A stretch of DNA of 62,491 nucleotides, the filler included, from Sphacelaria rigidula (lineage: Eukaryota): the NCBI GenBank assembly GCA_964200075.2. It is 6 parts of 6 records of this genome, joined end to end, with 100 filler letters (N's around TTAATTAATTAA, not from the genome) between each part and the next. Parts side by side here need not be neighbours in the genome. Positions count along the whole stretch, not along the records: positions 1 to 10,334 come from CAXNAA020006701.1; positions 10,435 to 20,767 come from CAXNAA020006702.1; 4 more parts are not named here. One strand, written 5' to 3'. Below the pieces are notes generated by a model. That model worked only from the letters and a program-made list of their open reading frames with translations, did no database searches and was not told the DNA's origin. Both the position numbers and the translations under genes were made by a program. Every line of letters starts with the position of its first letter. Within the stretch, counting starts at the first letter, position 1. This document shows positions 1 to 11,821 of the stretch, piece by piece.

Positions 1-247
1 ATGAAAACATGGGATTTGCCATCTGTACGTAGCATCCAAAACCAACAACTGTCTGTACCAGAAATAAACAAAAAAAATAGGAAATGCGAAAGAAAATGGT
101 GCTCGAAATTGTGGGAAATAGTACCCTTCCGAAGGCGCGATAAAAGGCAACTCTTCTGGGGTTTTCTATGCTCTCTGCCTTGGGGGTACTTGTTATGACA
201 GTGGACATGCCCGCGAACCTTGAACAGCCGAGGCCATGGGCTTGTGG

Positions 248-1720
248 GCGTATTCATTTTTTGCTTGCCTTAGTCGTTCGACTATTGACCACGTATCCTT
301 TTCGAGACGGAGCATCCTTCCTACTCCTATCAGAGACACCTCCAACATTCCAATGCTTGTTACGCTTTCTCCGTACATTACAACAAAATATTTCATATAT
401 CTTATCCCCGTCGTGTTTCGCCGTCTGTGGCCACCATCTATGTCCTAGTATAGCCATCGTTTTTTCAATACTGTATCTAATGCATCAAACGATTCCATGC
501 CACCTTCGTTCACGTCCCGCATTTCCCCCTCTAGCACGTCCCGTTCCTGCTTGTAAAGTTCACATTCTATCAAAATATGAGTTCTGCTCTCTATGGCTTT
601 GCCACAGGGGCAGTTCTGTCTATCTACTTCCTTTTCCTTTCGACTACTGGTATACCTCTTTCTTCTTTCTGGCAGGTCCAGGCCCCCCACCCGAAATCGC
701 AGCTTCATTTGTTTTGCCGCGTCCATGAGGCCATGAGTCCATGAGGCCATGAGTCCATGAGGCCATGCAAATATGCTTTCATCCCTATCCCCCCTGTCGA
801 CCCCCCGTATATCTTCAGGTGTTCTTCCTCGTCTACTTCGCGTCTGAGCGTTTCTTGCTCCATTATTTCTATCATGTCTCTCACTATTATCCTGTACCCC
901 GCACTTTGATCGATGGACAGTACTTCGTTTTCGTTACCTCCTATCTCCTTCCATACCTTCTCGACTTCTCTATCCTACCTTATTTTCCTGCCCTTATTTA
1001 TTATTCTTCCATACCACCCTATCAACTATGACTGACAAATCTTTTCTTCTGCATGTTCTTAACACTATATTGCCATCGCGATTTTCTGATGTCTCTGTTG
1101 GTTTCAAGTGGGTGCATTTCCAACTCTGCTCTCAATGTTGTATACTCGTCGTTTTCGAGCACCCGAGTATTCTCTCAGCTGCTGCCATCTGTACTGTTTC
1201 CAACTTTTCCATGGAATATGTCGGTCCGGAAGACAAGGCTTCGCTGCATGGACAGTACCTTCCAAACACCCACAGCCTCAAGTTAACGTCCTGCAGCCGC
1301 AGCTGTTCTTGTACTCTTCGTGAAAGTCAGAGTGAGCGACCCTGTACTTGTGATCAGCATTACCTTGCATGTCGCCATCCTCATCCTCACACAAGGCATT
1401 TCAGAAAGCTCGCTTACCTCTCCACGATCGATCCCGAGTAAATAATCTTGATCATCTTCAGTATATGCAAACATTTTTGGATCTCATTACAGTAGTTCTG
1501 GAGCGTTCAAAGATGTACATAAACAGCAAGTCACAGATGATCGGCACTCATATCCCAACCGACCACTCGTAAAGTGCGTCTCAATATAATACTGTTTACT
1601 GTATGTATGCTGTATACACCAAGCAATCGGAAGACTGAAATCAGAACATGCCCTAATACACGTGTTGAATAAACGGAGTTTTGCAAACCTGTCCTGTTCA
1701 AGTGACCCGAGGTGCAGCAA
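248..1720 (-). mobile_element. Degenerate 3' part of a non-LTR retrotransposon (LINE) ORF2 plus 3' tail
   Basis: Broken minus-strand frames: 'KMFAYTEDD' near 1474 resembles the RT YADD motif. 'KLRFRVGGLDLPERRKRY...QNCPCGKAIESRTHILIECELYKQER' (445-750) is a CCHC zinc-knuckle typical of LINE ORF2 C-termini. It ends in the tail that is dispersed through the window, and a homologous fragment lies at 41735-42550. Confidence 0.85.
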
Positions 1721-1832
1721 GGGATACGAGATAGGTAGGATATCCCATCAACTCAAATCAACTTAAATGGAAGCATCTACAAAGAAACGGAGAAAGCTTA
1801 TGGGTGTGGTAGGCCAAGAAACCACCAATCGG

Positions 1833-1927
1833 GCTAGGGTTAGGGCTAGGTTTAGGGTTGGCGCTAGGGTTAAGGTTAGGATTGGGGCTGGGGCTAGCGG
1901 TAGGGTAGGGCTGGGGGTGAGGTTAAG
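1833..1927. repeat. Degenerate interstitial telomere-like (TTAGGG) tract
   Basis: gggctagggttagggctaggtttagggttggcgctagggttaaggttagg...; shorter tracts occur at about 2050-2078, 2986-3010, 3712-3733, 6907-6930, 47992-48045 and 59070-59125. Confidence 0.75.
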
Positions 1928-2241
1928 TGCCTCTCCGCTGTAATGGTGCTATCAACATCACATATCTCAACAGAGATATATTGTTCTTTACGGTACTGCA
2001 ACGTGTCGTGCCTAACCATTGTGCATTCAAGTAACCACGGTCAACAAAGAACCTAACGCCAACCCTAACCCTAACCCTGGAACGCTATGGTGACGCCCTC
2101 CGGCACCACCAGACCAACAGGAGCACAATAGCTACAACACCATTCAGGCAGAAGGCCGTGCTCTCCCGAGGAAAAAAACAGCACACGCACTCCACATTGC
2201 ACCTTGCACCCCAAGCAGGGACAGTAACCTAGCTTGCTTAC

Positions 2242-2388
2242 CCTGAGGGGACCGACGGTAGCTCGGAAGAAGTGGTAGTTCTCCAGGCGCACGATATGCT
2301 CGTACTTGGGGTTGCTGGACGCCACCTCGTCGATGTTCTTGAAGAGGGTGATTACCAGAGTCTGGTACGCTTTCTGTGCCTCGTCCAC
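2242..2388 (-). CDS. SEC3: Exocyst component Sec3/EXOC1-like, exon 6 of 6 seen
   Basis: VDEAQKAYQTLVITLFKNIDEVASSNPKYEHIVRLENYHFFRATVGPLR. 'KY..IVR.ENYH.F' is characteristic of the Sec3 C-terminal domain. Donor gtaagc; the acceptor position (aag|GTG) is inferred from phase. Confidence 0.85.
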
Positions 2389-2685
2389 CTTCCCTCGACA
2401 CAAGAAAGAAATGAAAAACAATTCCAAAATTATTTTTTGTCTTCATTGAGATTATCATCATTATCATATATCATTATTACTTTTGTTGGTAGCAGTTGCC
2501 ATTTGAAGTTTTTTTTTTTAATTATTATATTCGTTATGATTAGTGCCATCAGTGTTGGGCTTCGATATAACAAAGGTACACCTTCAAGCAGTGAAGTAAC
2601 CGTGAAATAAGAGGGATTGAACGGTCTAGTAGTGCTTTGGTCTTCAACAGGTACATAACACATTCCAGCCGCTTTGTTACTGTAC

Positions 2686-2820
2686 CTCCTCTCGTCCCTT
2701 CGACCCCACCGCTGCAGTCGTGGCTTGCTGTAGGTTCCGGATGAGCGTTGGCAGCTTGGCCACAGCCGCAAGAATCCCCGCCTTTTTCGCGTCTCCTCGC
2801 TGGCCTTGGATCCACGAGAT
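2686..2820 (-). CDS. SEC3: Sec3/EXOC1-like, exon 5
   Basis: cag|ISWIQGQRGDAKKAGILAAVAKLPTLIRNLQQATTAA..., phase 0 continuing '...FIEEQ'. The donor is at 2686 (gag|gtacag) or alternatively 2710. Confidence 0.8.
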
Positions 2821-3404
2821 CTGCAAAGCACAAGGTGATAACGTGTCAAATCAACATCAAATCAGCAAGGTAAATTATTGAATTCTGTACAGCACAGTGT
2901 AACCCAAACCTTGGGGTGCTTACGCTTCGGTCATGAGACTGGTTGGACTGGGTGTTCTCTAATATTCATGATTTTGGACTAATGCTAACCCTAACCCTAA
3001 GCCTAGCCCCGACCAACACAAACAAGAACCCCAGGCCGAGGAAGGTGAAAAGGTTGCTCTAGGTAAAGCGTGCATTGGCAGAGATGTCAACGCCGATTTG
3101 GACGAAGAGACCTTCTGGGCAAGCTAGGACCACTTGGGGTAGTCAGCCAGTCTACAGATCCGAACATCGGTGCGGAGTCTTGTATCAAGCAATCATTCAC
3201 TCTCACGACCTATGCATAAGCTCTCCTGCTCAAAGCGTCGCCGAATCCTATGATCGAATAAAAACTTGCTGTTGTTAATAGTGTGTATTCATGGTAGTGA
3301 CCACGCAGCGAGTGAGTGAAACGTGCGACAAGCAGATCAATCAATCCATGTATCCATTGACCAATCAGTGTGGACCATTTTTTTTTTTCTTCCGTCAAAC
3401 TTCC

Positions 3405-3700
3405 AACCTCTCCTCTTCCTCGGGATGAGTCCGTGGTTTCAAGTCTCAAGGGATCAACTCACCTCTCACCCGGTACACGCCTCGCATGTTGGATCATGAC
3501 TAACACTCCGGCACCGCGTCAATCGTCGTCGAACAGACTTAGAGAAACTCTTTTTTGATTACTCACGTACGTCCTGACGCCTTCAACGGCGGAAATTAGA
3601 TACTTCCAAGAAAAATTCAAATGAATCCGGCGGGAATCGAACTCGCGTTGTCTCCACCCTAACGGTGTCCGTTGGATCATGACCATTACACCACCGGGAT
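3405..3700 (-). mobile_element. tRNA-derived SINE copy
   Basis: Minus strand begins cccggtggtgtaatgg...gagttcgattcc (A and B boxes); the body matches 49917-50200. Confidence 0.75.
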
Positions 3701-4347
3701 GCGGTCGCTCAAGGGTTAGGTTAGGGTTAGGGTTCCCTCTCCCGCTCAACATGGTGACACACCCCTGACCATAGCCATGGAGAACTTACGGGACAATTTT
3801 GTCCCAAATGGAGGCGTTCTTGTCAGATTAGGTGCATTTGGGTGAGTACAATTTCGGAACAATTGCTTCTTGTCTTCCTACCATGCCGCTCACCTACATC
3901 GACGCGGAAGCATCGAAGCTGGTAGTTGAAGCACTTCAGAAGAACCATGGGTCCGCAGAAACGCAGCGGCAAAGTTTGGGGTAATTGCGAGTTTTCTGCC
4001 GACTCGTGAGAGAGGAAAGATGTCGGTGGATTCTTGAGCAGGGCAAGAAGCCGTCGACATCATTCGACTCACACAAGCTGACAGAAGGCTCTAATTTCTC
4101 GCAAATATTGCACCTTTATTCACGACATCCTGATAGACGTATCACCCCTTCAAAGTGCTTTGACACTCAGCTTCGCCGCTTCAGCATCGATACGCGTGCG
4201 CGGTATGGCATGCATGGTATGAAGGCAGTCGGAGAAGTATTGAAACGACACCCAAATCCACCTAATCCGACAGCAGCGCTTCTGTTTGAGACGAAAAATG
4301 CCTCAAGCGGTGCGTACATATCGACGTCGCTGTGCCTCAGTGGTGTA

Positions 4348-4645
4348 ATAGAATTAAAATGGTACAGCTCACACCATCAGGGTGGGAAGAACGCGGGTTC
4401 GACTCTTGCCACATAAGTTTGTATATTTCCTTTCAAGTCCACTTGTATCTCATTTTCGTCGTTGGAAGCGTGAGGACGTACGTGACTAGCAAGATGGATT
4501 TCTTTTACTTAATTGTTTCGACGAGAGTCGACGCAGTGCGGGAGTGTTAGTCATGTTCCAATCCGCGAGACCAAAATGCAAGGCGTGTACCGGGGAAAAG
4601 GTGGCTTGATTCCTCCAGACCACGTACTCAGCTCGAGAAAGGCGA
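4348..4645 (+). mobile_element. tRNA-derived SINE copy
   Basis: tggtgtaat...gggttcgactc head followed by the same body (gcgtgaggacgtacgtga...gtgcgggagtgttagtcatg...gaccac) as the other copies. Confidence 0.7.
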
Positions 4646-5989
4646 CAAGGCGAGGGATTAAACGTGTGACAGAAACAGCAAAAAATGTAACACGGTTTCA
4701 TAGATATTTTCATATTCTTGTTCGGAGAAGTTGGCGTAAGTTAGGGGAGATACAAAATAGCTTCGCTTGATACCCGTGGTCTCTGATTACACGACCCTTA
4801 TCTACCTCTCTCGTGTTACTTAATCGAAAATCGTGCTATAGCAGAACGTACGATTTTCACGATAGCTGTCCTTCCTCTCGCGTGCTTAATGATTCAACAA
4901 AAAACTCTGCGAAATTTCAAAACCTTCTCCCTGGTTGTGAAACAAGACGTAGCGATAAATCCCAGACCAATACCAGATAATTGTTTATAATGAAATAACA
5001 AATTAAATAATATCATTACCCTTACAATTCAATCGATTTATTAAGTAATTATATAATTGAAGATTGTTTGAGGATGGATGGTTGGACGGTTGGTTGGATT
5101 TGACTGTTCGGAAGAGGGAAAGACAAAATCTAAAATCGCGCTTCGTTTGGTATATTCCTGTGTGTATATACGCATACTGTACATTTACTTGGTACTAGAG
5201 TACGTATTTTCGGTGATATCTTTCGCTCGCATTTCGCTCGCATTTCGCCCGACTGTAGGGTGCGTTTTGTTCTGCTCGGGTTAGGAGTACATCTGCTTCC
5301 CGCACTGTGTTCTCCATGGTGCTATGGCGTTCCGATGCGTTCCATTTCCTATGTTTCCTCTCTCGACGTCTAGGTGGACCCTTCGGCCGTCGGAGGTGCC
5401 ATCTCTCTCGACCGTAAACAGGCCATATTCATTTGTGGAATCGGCATCATGTTGAGCTGAATCGGAATGATATGAAGCCGTCAGAGTGTCTTCGCTCTCC
5501 GCCGAACTCTCGGGGCAGGGCTGGCACACACACACACACACCTCGAACGTGTTTTAATCTTGCACGCATGTCGCATCATCTCAACTCTACTTCCTTTTAT
5601 ACTACCTCTGTACTGCTGCTGCTGCAGCTCCTGCTCCTACTCTACCGTGCATTCGATTATCGTCATCATAAGTCGCTGAGCACAACGTTTTTTTTTAATA
5701 TCATTATGAGTTACCATCATTTCAAAACATCATTATCGCATCGTTGGTCATTGAATGCTCAACAGATTTGAGCAAGGTACGCACAACTTGCTCAGCTGAT
5801 GAACAGCTACGACCTTTTCCTCATACTATTGACATGTGCCAACACCCAATCCACACAGCTATCATCGGTTCTCATGTTTCTTGGAAGTTGATCCACTGAG
5901 TGTGGGGGCGAAAGTCGCCAACACCCCTGTATATACACAAATGAAAAAAAAGTATACTTCATATACAAGCCAACTCTTGGTCTGGACAC

Positions 5990-6200
5990 CTGCTCCTCGA
6001 TGAACTTCTTGAATCGGTGAGTGAGCAGCGCCTTGAACTCAAGCAATACGCTCATGGACACCCAGCTCTGATTTTGCTTCTTGGACTGAGCCTCCTCGAT
6101 CAGGGCTATGAGAGCCAGAGTGTCGAATGCGTTGTCGCCCACCTCCGTTGCGAACCGTTTGTAGTTAATCTTCAGTTCCGCGAAGCCCACTTGTAGCATC
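5990..6200 (-). CDS. SEC3: Sec3/EXOC1-like, exon 4
   Basis: (R)MLQVGFAELKINYKRFATEVGDNAFDTLALIALIEEAQSKKQNQSWVSMSVLLEFKALLTHRFKKFIEEQ|gt. Phase-2 acceptor matches the previous exon; 'F.KFI.EQ' is Sec3-like. Confidence 0.85.
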
Positions 6201-6225
6201 CTTGCACAAACAAATCAAGTGAAGT

Positions 6226-6405
6226 GCAAACATATTATGATCATGGGTATAATCATCATCATTACATGATTATAAATACGACTCTGACTACGGTTATGAT
6301 CATGTCTTATAATTATGAGTATGGTTATAATTACGAATATGAATATGATCACGATTATGAATATGGTCACGATTATGAATATGAATATATGATTATGATG
6401 ATGGG
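6226..6405. repeat. Low-complexity ATG/TATGAA microsatellite in a Sec3 intron
   Basis: Degenerate 3/6-bp periodicity (gaatatgaatatgatcacgattatgaatat...). Confidence 0.8.
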
Positions 6406-6787
6406 CCATGAGGGGTACAAAAACATAGAGTAAACGAAATCATGACCCCGACGGGAAACAAAATGTGCTCACGGTGCAGCAACAACAGTCCAATGTAGCC
6501 AGCATGCCGCTGCGCAACAGTACAGATGGTATATACAGCTGCAGTAGATAGCTGTGTAATACATGCATGCATGCACAAACGACAACAGCACATCACATTC
6601 AGAAGGGCGGCAAAGACAGAGCAGCACTGTACGCTCCTGATCACGTCCACTTTCCCCACGAGATATGGTGCACCCTTCATCTTTCCGTCGGGGAGTGAAC
6701 ATATCTCACCGAGCGCCATGAGTAGCTTATTGTGATGAACATTATAAGCATGCTTTTATCACTTATATATATATATATATTTCCTTG

Positions 6788-6893
6788 GAGCGTGTTTGAG
6801 TTTCGTCTTTCTTGGGTACGTCTATCATGAGAACACGGCTGGACCCCGGGGGGGTCAGTTAGAGTGCGACAATAAAATCAAATCAAATCAATG
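6788..6893 (+). mobile_element. 5'-truncated retroposon end with (CAAT/CAAAT)n tail
   Basis: gggtacgtctatcatgag...ctggacccc...gggtcagttagagtgcgacaat(caaat)n. The same motif occurs at 24533-24860, 27747-28000, 28880-28915, 33177, 41968, 46320-46417 and 50262-50330. Confidence 0.75.
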
Positions 6894-7499
6894 GTGAGAT
6901 ACCTCAGGGTTAGGGTTAAGGTTAGGGTCAGGATATTATAAATATACCGGGAACCTCGAGTATGAGAAACTTTGGGATTAGCGTTACGGTTACATGTCGA
7001 GTTGGTGATTTGCGTTTGTCGAGACGTATGGGGGGTGTGCATGCTTGATCGACAGGACATATGCCGCGGGGCTGACACAACACAATTCTTCTGTCGGCAC
7101 TTATCGGAACACCTCTCCTGTGCTTCTCCGGACACGTCATCCGACATCAACTTCGGGGGCTCTCTCTCTTGCCTCTGTTGTCGCCCCCCACTCACCACGC
7201 ACTCGCTCACAAACTGCTGACCCTTACACACCTCACATGCCTCAACAAGCATCCATCACATGGCCCACGGCGGACAAAAGAGCTCCGACGGAAAACAAAT
7301 GTACTAAAAAGTGAATGAAATTGTGGACTGACGGGGCTCGACCGAAAGCGAATACACTTTTAACTTCAACTAGGCTGCCAGGTGCTCTGGTTTCAAGTGA
7401 ACGAAATGGCGAGCTCTCAGGTGGGATGCCGTCTTGTCAGACACCGTAAGAATTTCGTTTTATGCTACCACGAAATTCCGAATGTATAAAAGGTAATAC

Positions 7500-7624
7500 C
7501 TGTGCGCCGCGTCCCTAGCCTTAGGATCCTTGGCAGGGTCAATACCGAATAGTGTACAGAAAAAGGCTTGCTCCCTCTGAACGGCAGGCATAGTGTGCTC
7601 TAAGCACTGCTTCACCGCCGGCAC
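7500..7624 (-). CDS. SEC3: Sec3/EXOC1-like, exon 3
   Basis: cag|VPAVKQCLEHTMPAVQREQAFFCTLFGIDPAKDPKARDAAH(R)|gtatta, containing the Sec3-like 'EQ.FF..LF' pattern. Confidence 0.8.
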
Positions 7625-7767
7625 CTGTTTTGGAACAAATTGATGGCGGGACATGGAGAATGTTGGTACCCGAAAGCGGGTACTGATCAACGTTTTACTG
7701 GAGTGTGCAGCTACTGTATGCGATGCCGTGTATTATCCGTGCGCTGAATACCACCCCCCTCCATAGG

Positions 7768-7900
7768 GGTGCTCCGTCTCGAAAGGGATGCGTGGTCAAT
7801 GGTCACACGACTAAGGCAGGCAACAAATGAGTACGCCCCTCCCCCCTACGGTGCTCCGTCTTGAAAGGGATGCGTGGCCAACGGTCGACTGACTAAGGCC
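7768..7900 (+). mobile_element. Two tandem copies of the ~75-bp LINE 3' tail
   Basis: gtgctccgtctcgaaagggatgcgtggtcaatggtca.acgactaaggca.gcaacaaatgagtacgcccc twice. Other copies are at 10435-10507(-), 21046-21120(+), 22930-23005(+), 26990-27048(-), 43003-43068(-) and 62425-62491(-). Confidence 0.85.
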
Positions 7901-8258
7901 ACCAAAAAATGAGAACGCTTCCATGAAAAACACCCATGGGTGACAGATATTCGGCTCTTTTCGATGATCACATCGGTATCTACAGTAACAAAGACAAACA
8001 CGAGAAGGCATAAAAGTGAACAAAAAAAGACAAGAGAAGGAAACGAAAGGAAACGAAAGGAAGAGAGAGGGAAGAAACCCAGAGACAAAAGCGAAAGCAT
8101 CATCAGGATGCACAAATCCGCATTTTACAGGTGCACGGTGTATACCATCCAGCTACATGATCCAGTAATAATTTCTGCGCCCGGGAGTGCCTCCCTGATG
8201 CCCCATAGGGCAAGCAGAATGTATTTCATATTCCCAAACACCACCTTTCTATACCCAC

Positions 8259-8417
8259 CGGTAGGAGCTGTCCAACGGCTAAGCTAGGAGCGTGGGCTTC
8301 TGTGGATGATGACCCATTATCGCCGATTGAGGACCGCTCGATCTGTGCCAAGCCGGGCTTGCTGTGTTGGAAAACGATCCGTGGAAAAAGCTCCGCGAAG
8401 TACGCTTTGATACGAAT
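8259..8417 (-). CDS. SEC3: Sec3/EXOC1-like, exon 2 (not in the ORF track)
   Basis: cag|IRIKAYFAELFPRIVFQHSKPGLAQIERSSIGDNGSSSTEAHAPSLAVGQLLP|gtgggt; 159 nt, phase 0/0, links the flanking exons in frame. Confidence 0.75.
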
Positions 8418-8572
8418 CTGGCCACATAAACAACATAAACACGCGGGAACACATCGCGGATCAGTAGATGTGGATGTGCGATAATCAACCTATGAAATCA
8501 ATCGTGCATGAAGTTTGGCTGAGATGGTGGTATGGTCAGTGTTGATATTCTTAGTCGGTTTTCATGGCTTGC

Positions 8573-8659
8573 CTTGAGGAGGCCTTGGCCGAGGTCCTCG
8601 GCGTAGGCTTGTTGCAGTTCCGCGCTTCTCCGTCGGTGTTTGTCCTCCAGACTTCGCAC
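8573..8659 (-). CDS. SEC3: Sec3/EXOC1-like, exon 1 of those seen (GC donor)
   Basis: cag|VRSLEDKHRRRSAELQQAYAEDLGQGLLK|gcaagc; 87 nt, phase 0/0. No GT is available before the in-frame stop. Confidence 0.7.
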
Positions 8660-10334
8660 CTGTGAACAAAAAAAAGAGAAGAGGAAGAACAAAAAACAAA
8701 AAGAGGGGAAAACGGCGGGAAAACGAAAATGTGGAAACGAAGAAAAAACAGTATCATCTTGAAAACCCCCCCGGCAAAGATAGACCTACCAAGACCGGAT
8801 GCACAGATGCAGCACAAAACATCTTGAAACACAAAAAGGGGTAAAACATCGCCAAGAAAAAGACAACTGTACAAGCGCAGTATGCTGTATGCTATATGCT
8901 GTATGTTATATGTGATTGCCAGTCGTGACAAATAGTTTCGAAACCGGAATCTCGACACACACGGTCTTTGCGAGCAGAATCTGATTTCCGCTGTCAATGG
9001 CGTGAGCGTGTGAGTAGAGGACGAAATTCGAGGAGGATCCATGGGTGCGGGAGTGCTGATAGTCATTGCCCAATGACCACCGCGCCCCGGTGGGGTAAAT
9101 TAAAATGCTCCGACTGTCACCGGGTGGAGAGAGCGAGCCTTCGAATCCCAACAAATGATACAAAACAAGATAAAATGAAAGACTTATTCTATCCTCTATA
9201 AGCAAGTATTAGGCAAAGTGCTGCTTGCACCGGGAGAGAGAGGAGGGTCAATCCTTGAGACTACGCATCCATCCCGAGGGAGAGGGAGATTTTCAGAGCA
9301 TGACAAAACAAATAACATACAATATATAGCAGATACATGAAAAAACACAGCGGTATGCTCATTCATTTGCACACTGCCATAGCATTTCTGTTAGGACGCA
9401 GATACATCAGTATATAGATGGTGGCCATGTTAATCTCCTTGTGTCACCTGTCTTTTCCTGTTTTGTCCTTTATTATCTTCTCTCTTCTTTTCTTTCGGTG
9501 TACATTTTTGACAGATCTGGCGTTTGTTGTTTGTTTGTTTTCTCTCCCCGTTGAACTCGGGGGAGCTCCTTCTCACCGGTTTTCGTGGCGTATCTCTTCT
9601 TATTTCTATTTTTGTTAATATGTCTTGTCAGGAATAGCAGGGACGGTATCGGAAAGGCGAGCCTACGTCTGTGACCACGGGTTCGCGAGATCGAACAAAT
9701 GTGCGGAAATAATGATTAATAATAAAAATAAAAATAAAAATAGAATTGGGTATACTTAATCAGTGGACATGTGCTCCATTTGCACACTATACACGCTAAT
9801 CTTATCAGAACAGTTTCTTCGCTACGTACAAGTACGAAAATCGGAATAGTTTATCTGTGAACGTCTTTTATACCATCCGCATGGTAACAACATACCGCAG
9901 GCCCCGCGAAAAGCAGGGTGGGCGGTCAGCCCGCTACCATCGTACCAAGACCGAACCCCGCACTTTTCTTCCTTTCTCGTCATACTTCCACCCCGCTCCC
10001 GGTCCCCCCGTCGGTTCCTCGGGACTAGTCCATAGCAGTCTCAAGGCATCAACTCATCTTCCCCGCGGTACCTGCCTATCAGCGACCTCTAGATGATGAC
10101 GATTAACACTCTCGCAGTCCATCGAACTCAATCGATTTTTTTGGTCAAGCCACGTTCGCACGCTTTCCCCAACGGAAACACCAATCAAACTCCCAGGCTC
10201 CGACAGGAGACTGGGGTTCTGTCGGCAAAAATAGGAAATATGGATGTCGTTTCAACTAACAGGCACCGCCCCTTAACCCTTTTGGGACCAGGCCTCCAGA
10301 ACGACCAATGAGGCTGGTCAGGAATGACGTGTCT

Positions 10335-10434
10335 NNNNNNNNNNNNNNNNNNNNNNNNNNNNNNNNNNNNNNNNNNNNTTAATTAATTAANNNNNNNNNN
10401 NNNNNNNNNNNNNNNNNNNNNNNNNNNNNNNNNN
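10335..10434. other. Artificial contig linker (N44-TTAATTAATTAA-N44)
   Basis: 100-bp spacer with stops in all six frames; identical at all five junctions. Confidence 0.99.
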
Positions 10435-11821
10435 GGGGGCGTTCTCATGTGTTGCTTGCCTTAGTCGTTTGGCCATTGACCATGCATCCCTTTCGAGACG
10501 GAGCATTAAAACCGAGAAACAACTTGGAGGGGGGGGGATACATTGAAATCGAGAAATAAGACTGTCAGACGCTCTCTCCAACTTCTGAAACCGATGTTGG
10601 GTCATGTGCTCATGTGCTGGTGAGAGTATCTTACTGGCCCTCGGGCAAAGATGTGTATCGTACTGTTTTCGAGATATTGGTGCGGGTTGTTCGCGAGTCA
10701 AAAAGGTCGAACTAATGTGGTGAACGAAGAATATCAGTAAAGTGTCTGAGTTTTCGAGTCGCTTGGAGACCACGCCGCACCCTAAATGGAGGGTGTAAAA
10801 AGGATTAGTCCATCTCACGAGGTATCTACTGCGCAGTATGTACCTTTGATCACTCCCGCAGCTGGTGCGGCTACATACGGAGGCCCTCGTACCTGCTGTC
10901 AGCGTGGTTTCTGGCCAGTGTATCGAATAATTCCATAAAGTCATGGGGCGGGGAGAGACTGAGGAATGTGCTACCCCTTAATATCCCATTGTATGTATAG
11001 TAGTTGTTTTGGCTGTTGCAGCAACTGTAGAGCTTTGCTATCGAGTTCAACGATACACGGTACTTCCTCTTGAACCTTCATGTGTATGTATGTCCCAAGT
11101 GCACACGCTCCTGGGGGATTCGTCAGGTTTTACATCTGAATGCTGGATTAGATGGGACCGGCTGTGCCCGACACGTCAAGACGTGGCTCGTGTCGACCTC
11201 GTCTTTACTCCAGCCTAACCCAACTCCTCCTCCCTGAGTTTGGTCGAAGGGAATCATCACAGAGTGTTGTGAACAGTGCTGCAGCTGGCGAGGAGAAATT
11301 CGGAAAATAAAAGGCTGCCGCATGAACCCTCTCCTGCGGCTGATCCTTGTTGCAGCGTTGTACGTGTGTAACAATGTGGATGTTAAACGACTGTAGCATG
11401 TGACCTCATGTTACCAGCGAAATGCGGGCTTGACACCACCTGGACGAAGGGTATTTGCACCTGAACGACACGCATCGTCACCGCAATGGTGGTCGTGTTA
11501 TATTTCTGAATGCGCACTGAAGGTCAGCGGTGCTTGACTTCGAAATACAGTGTAGCCCTGAGACTCGAGGTCAAGGAAATTATCGTTGCGTTCGTGCTTT
11601 TTCAACTAGAATAAACCTGATCTTTTACACTCGCCGTACTGGTACTGAAGCCTTACACTAAACTCCGTGCATATTACTTTGTTCGTGCCAGAAAAATATG
11701 TCGGAAGCGTTTCAACCATTGCATTGAAACCAGTGACGACTGTCACCCAACCATCCATCCCGCACACCGCACACCGCACTCGTATGTGACTCCTACTTAC
11801 TTGCCATATATGCACACATAG

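Noticed and set aside
6215..6433. Tyr/Glu/His-rich repeat ORF
   Set aside because: Low-complexity intronic microsatellite with no splice or phase support.
6640..6730. Extra Sec3 exon (MALGEICSLPDGK...)
   Set aside because: The flanking exons already join in phase (7500 to 6200); splice sites are weak and there is no recognisable similarity.
10379..10390. Periodic TTAATTAATTAA palindrome every ~10.4 kb as a biological signal
   Set aside because: It is embedded in N runs and identical each time; it is an assembly linker.
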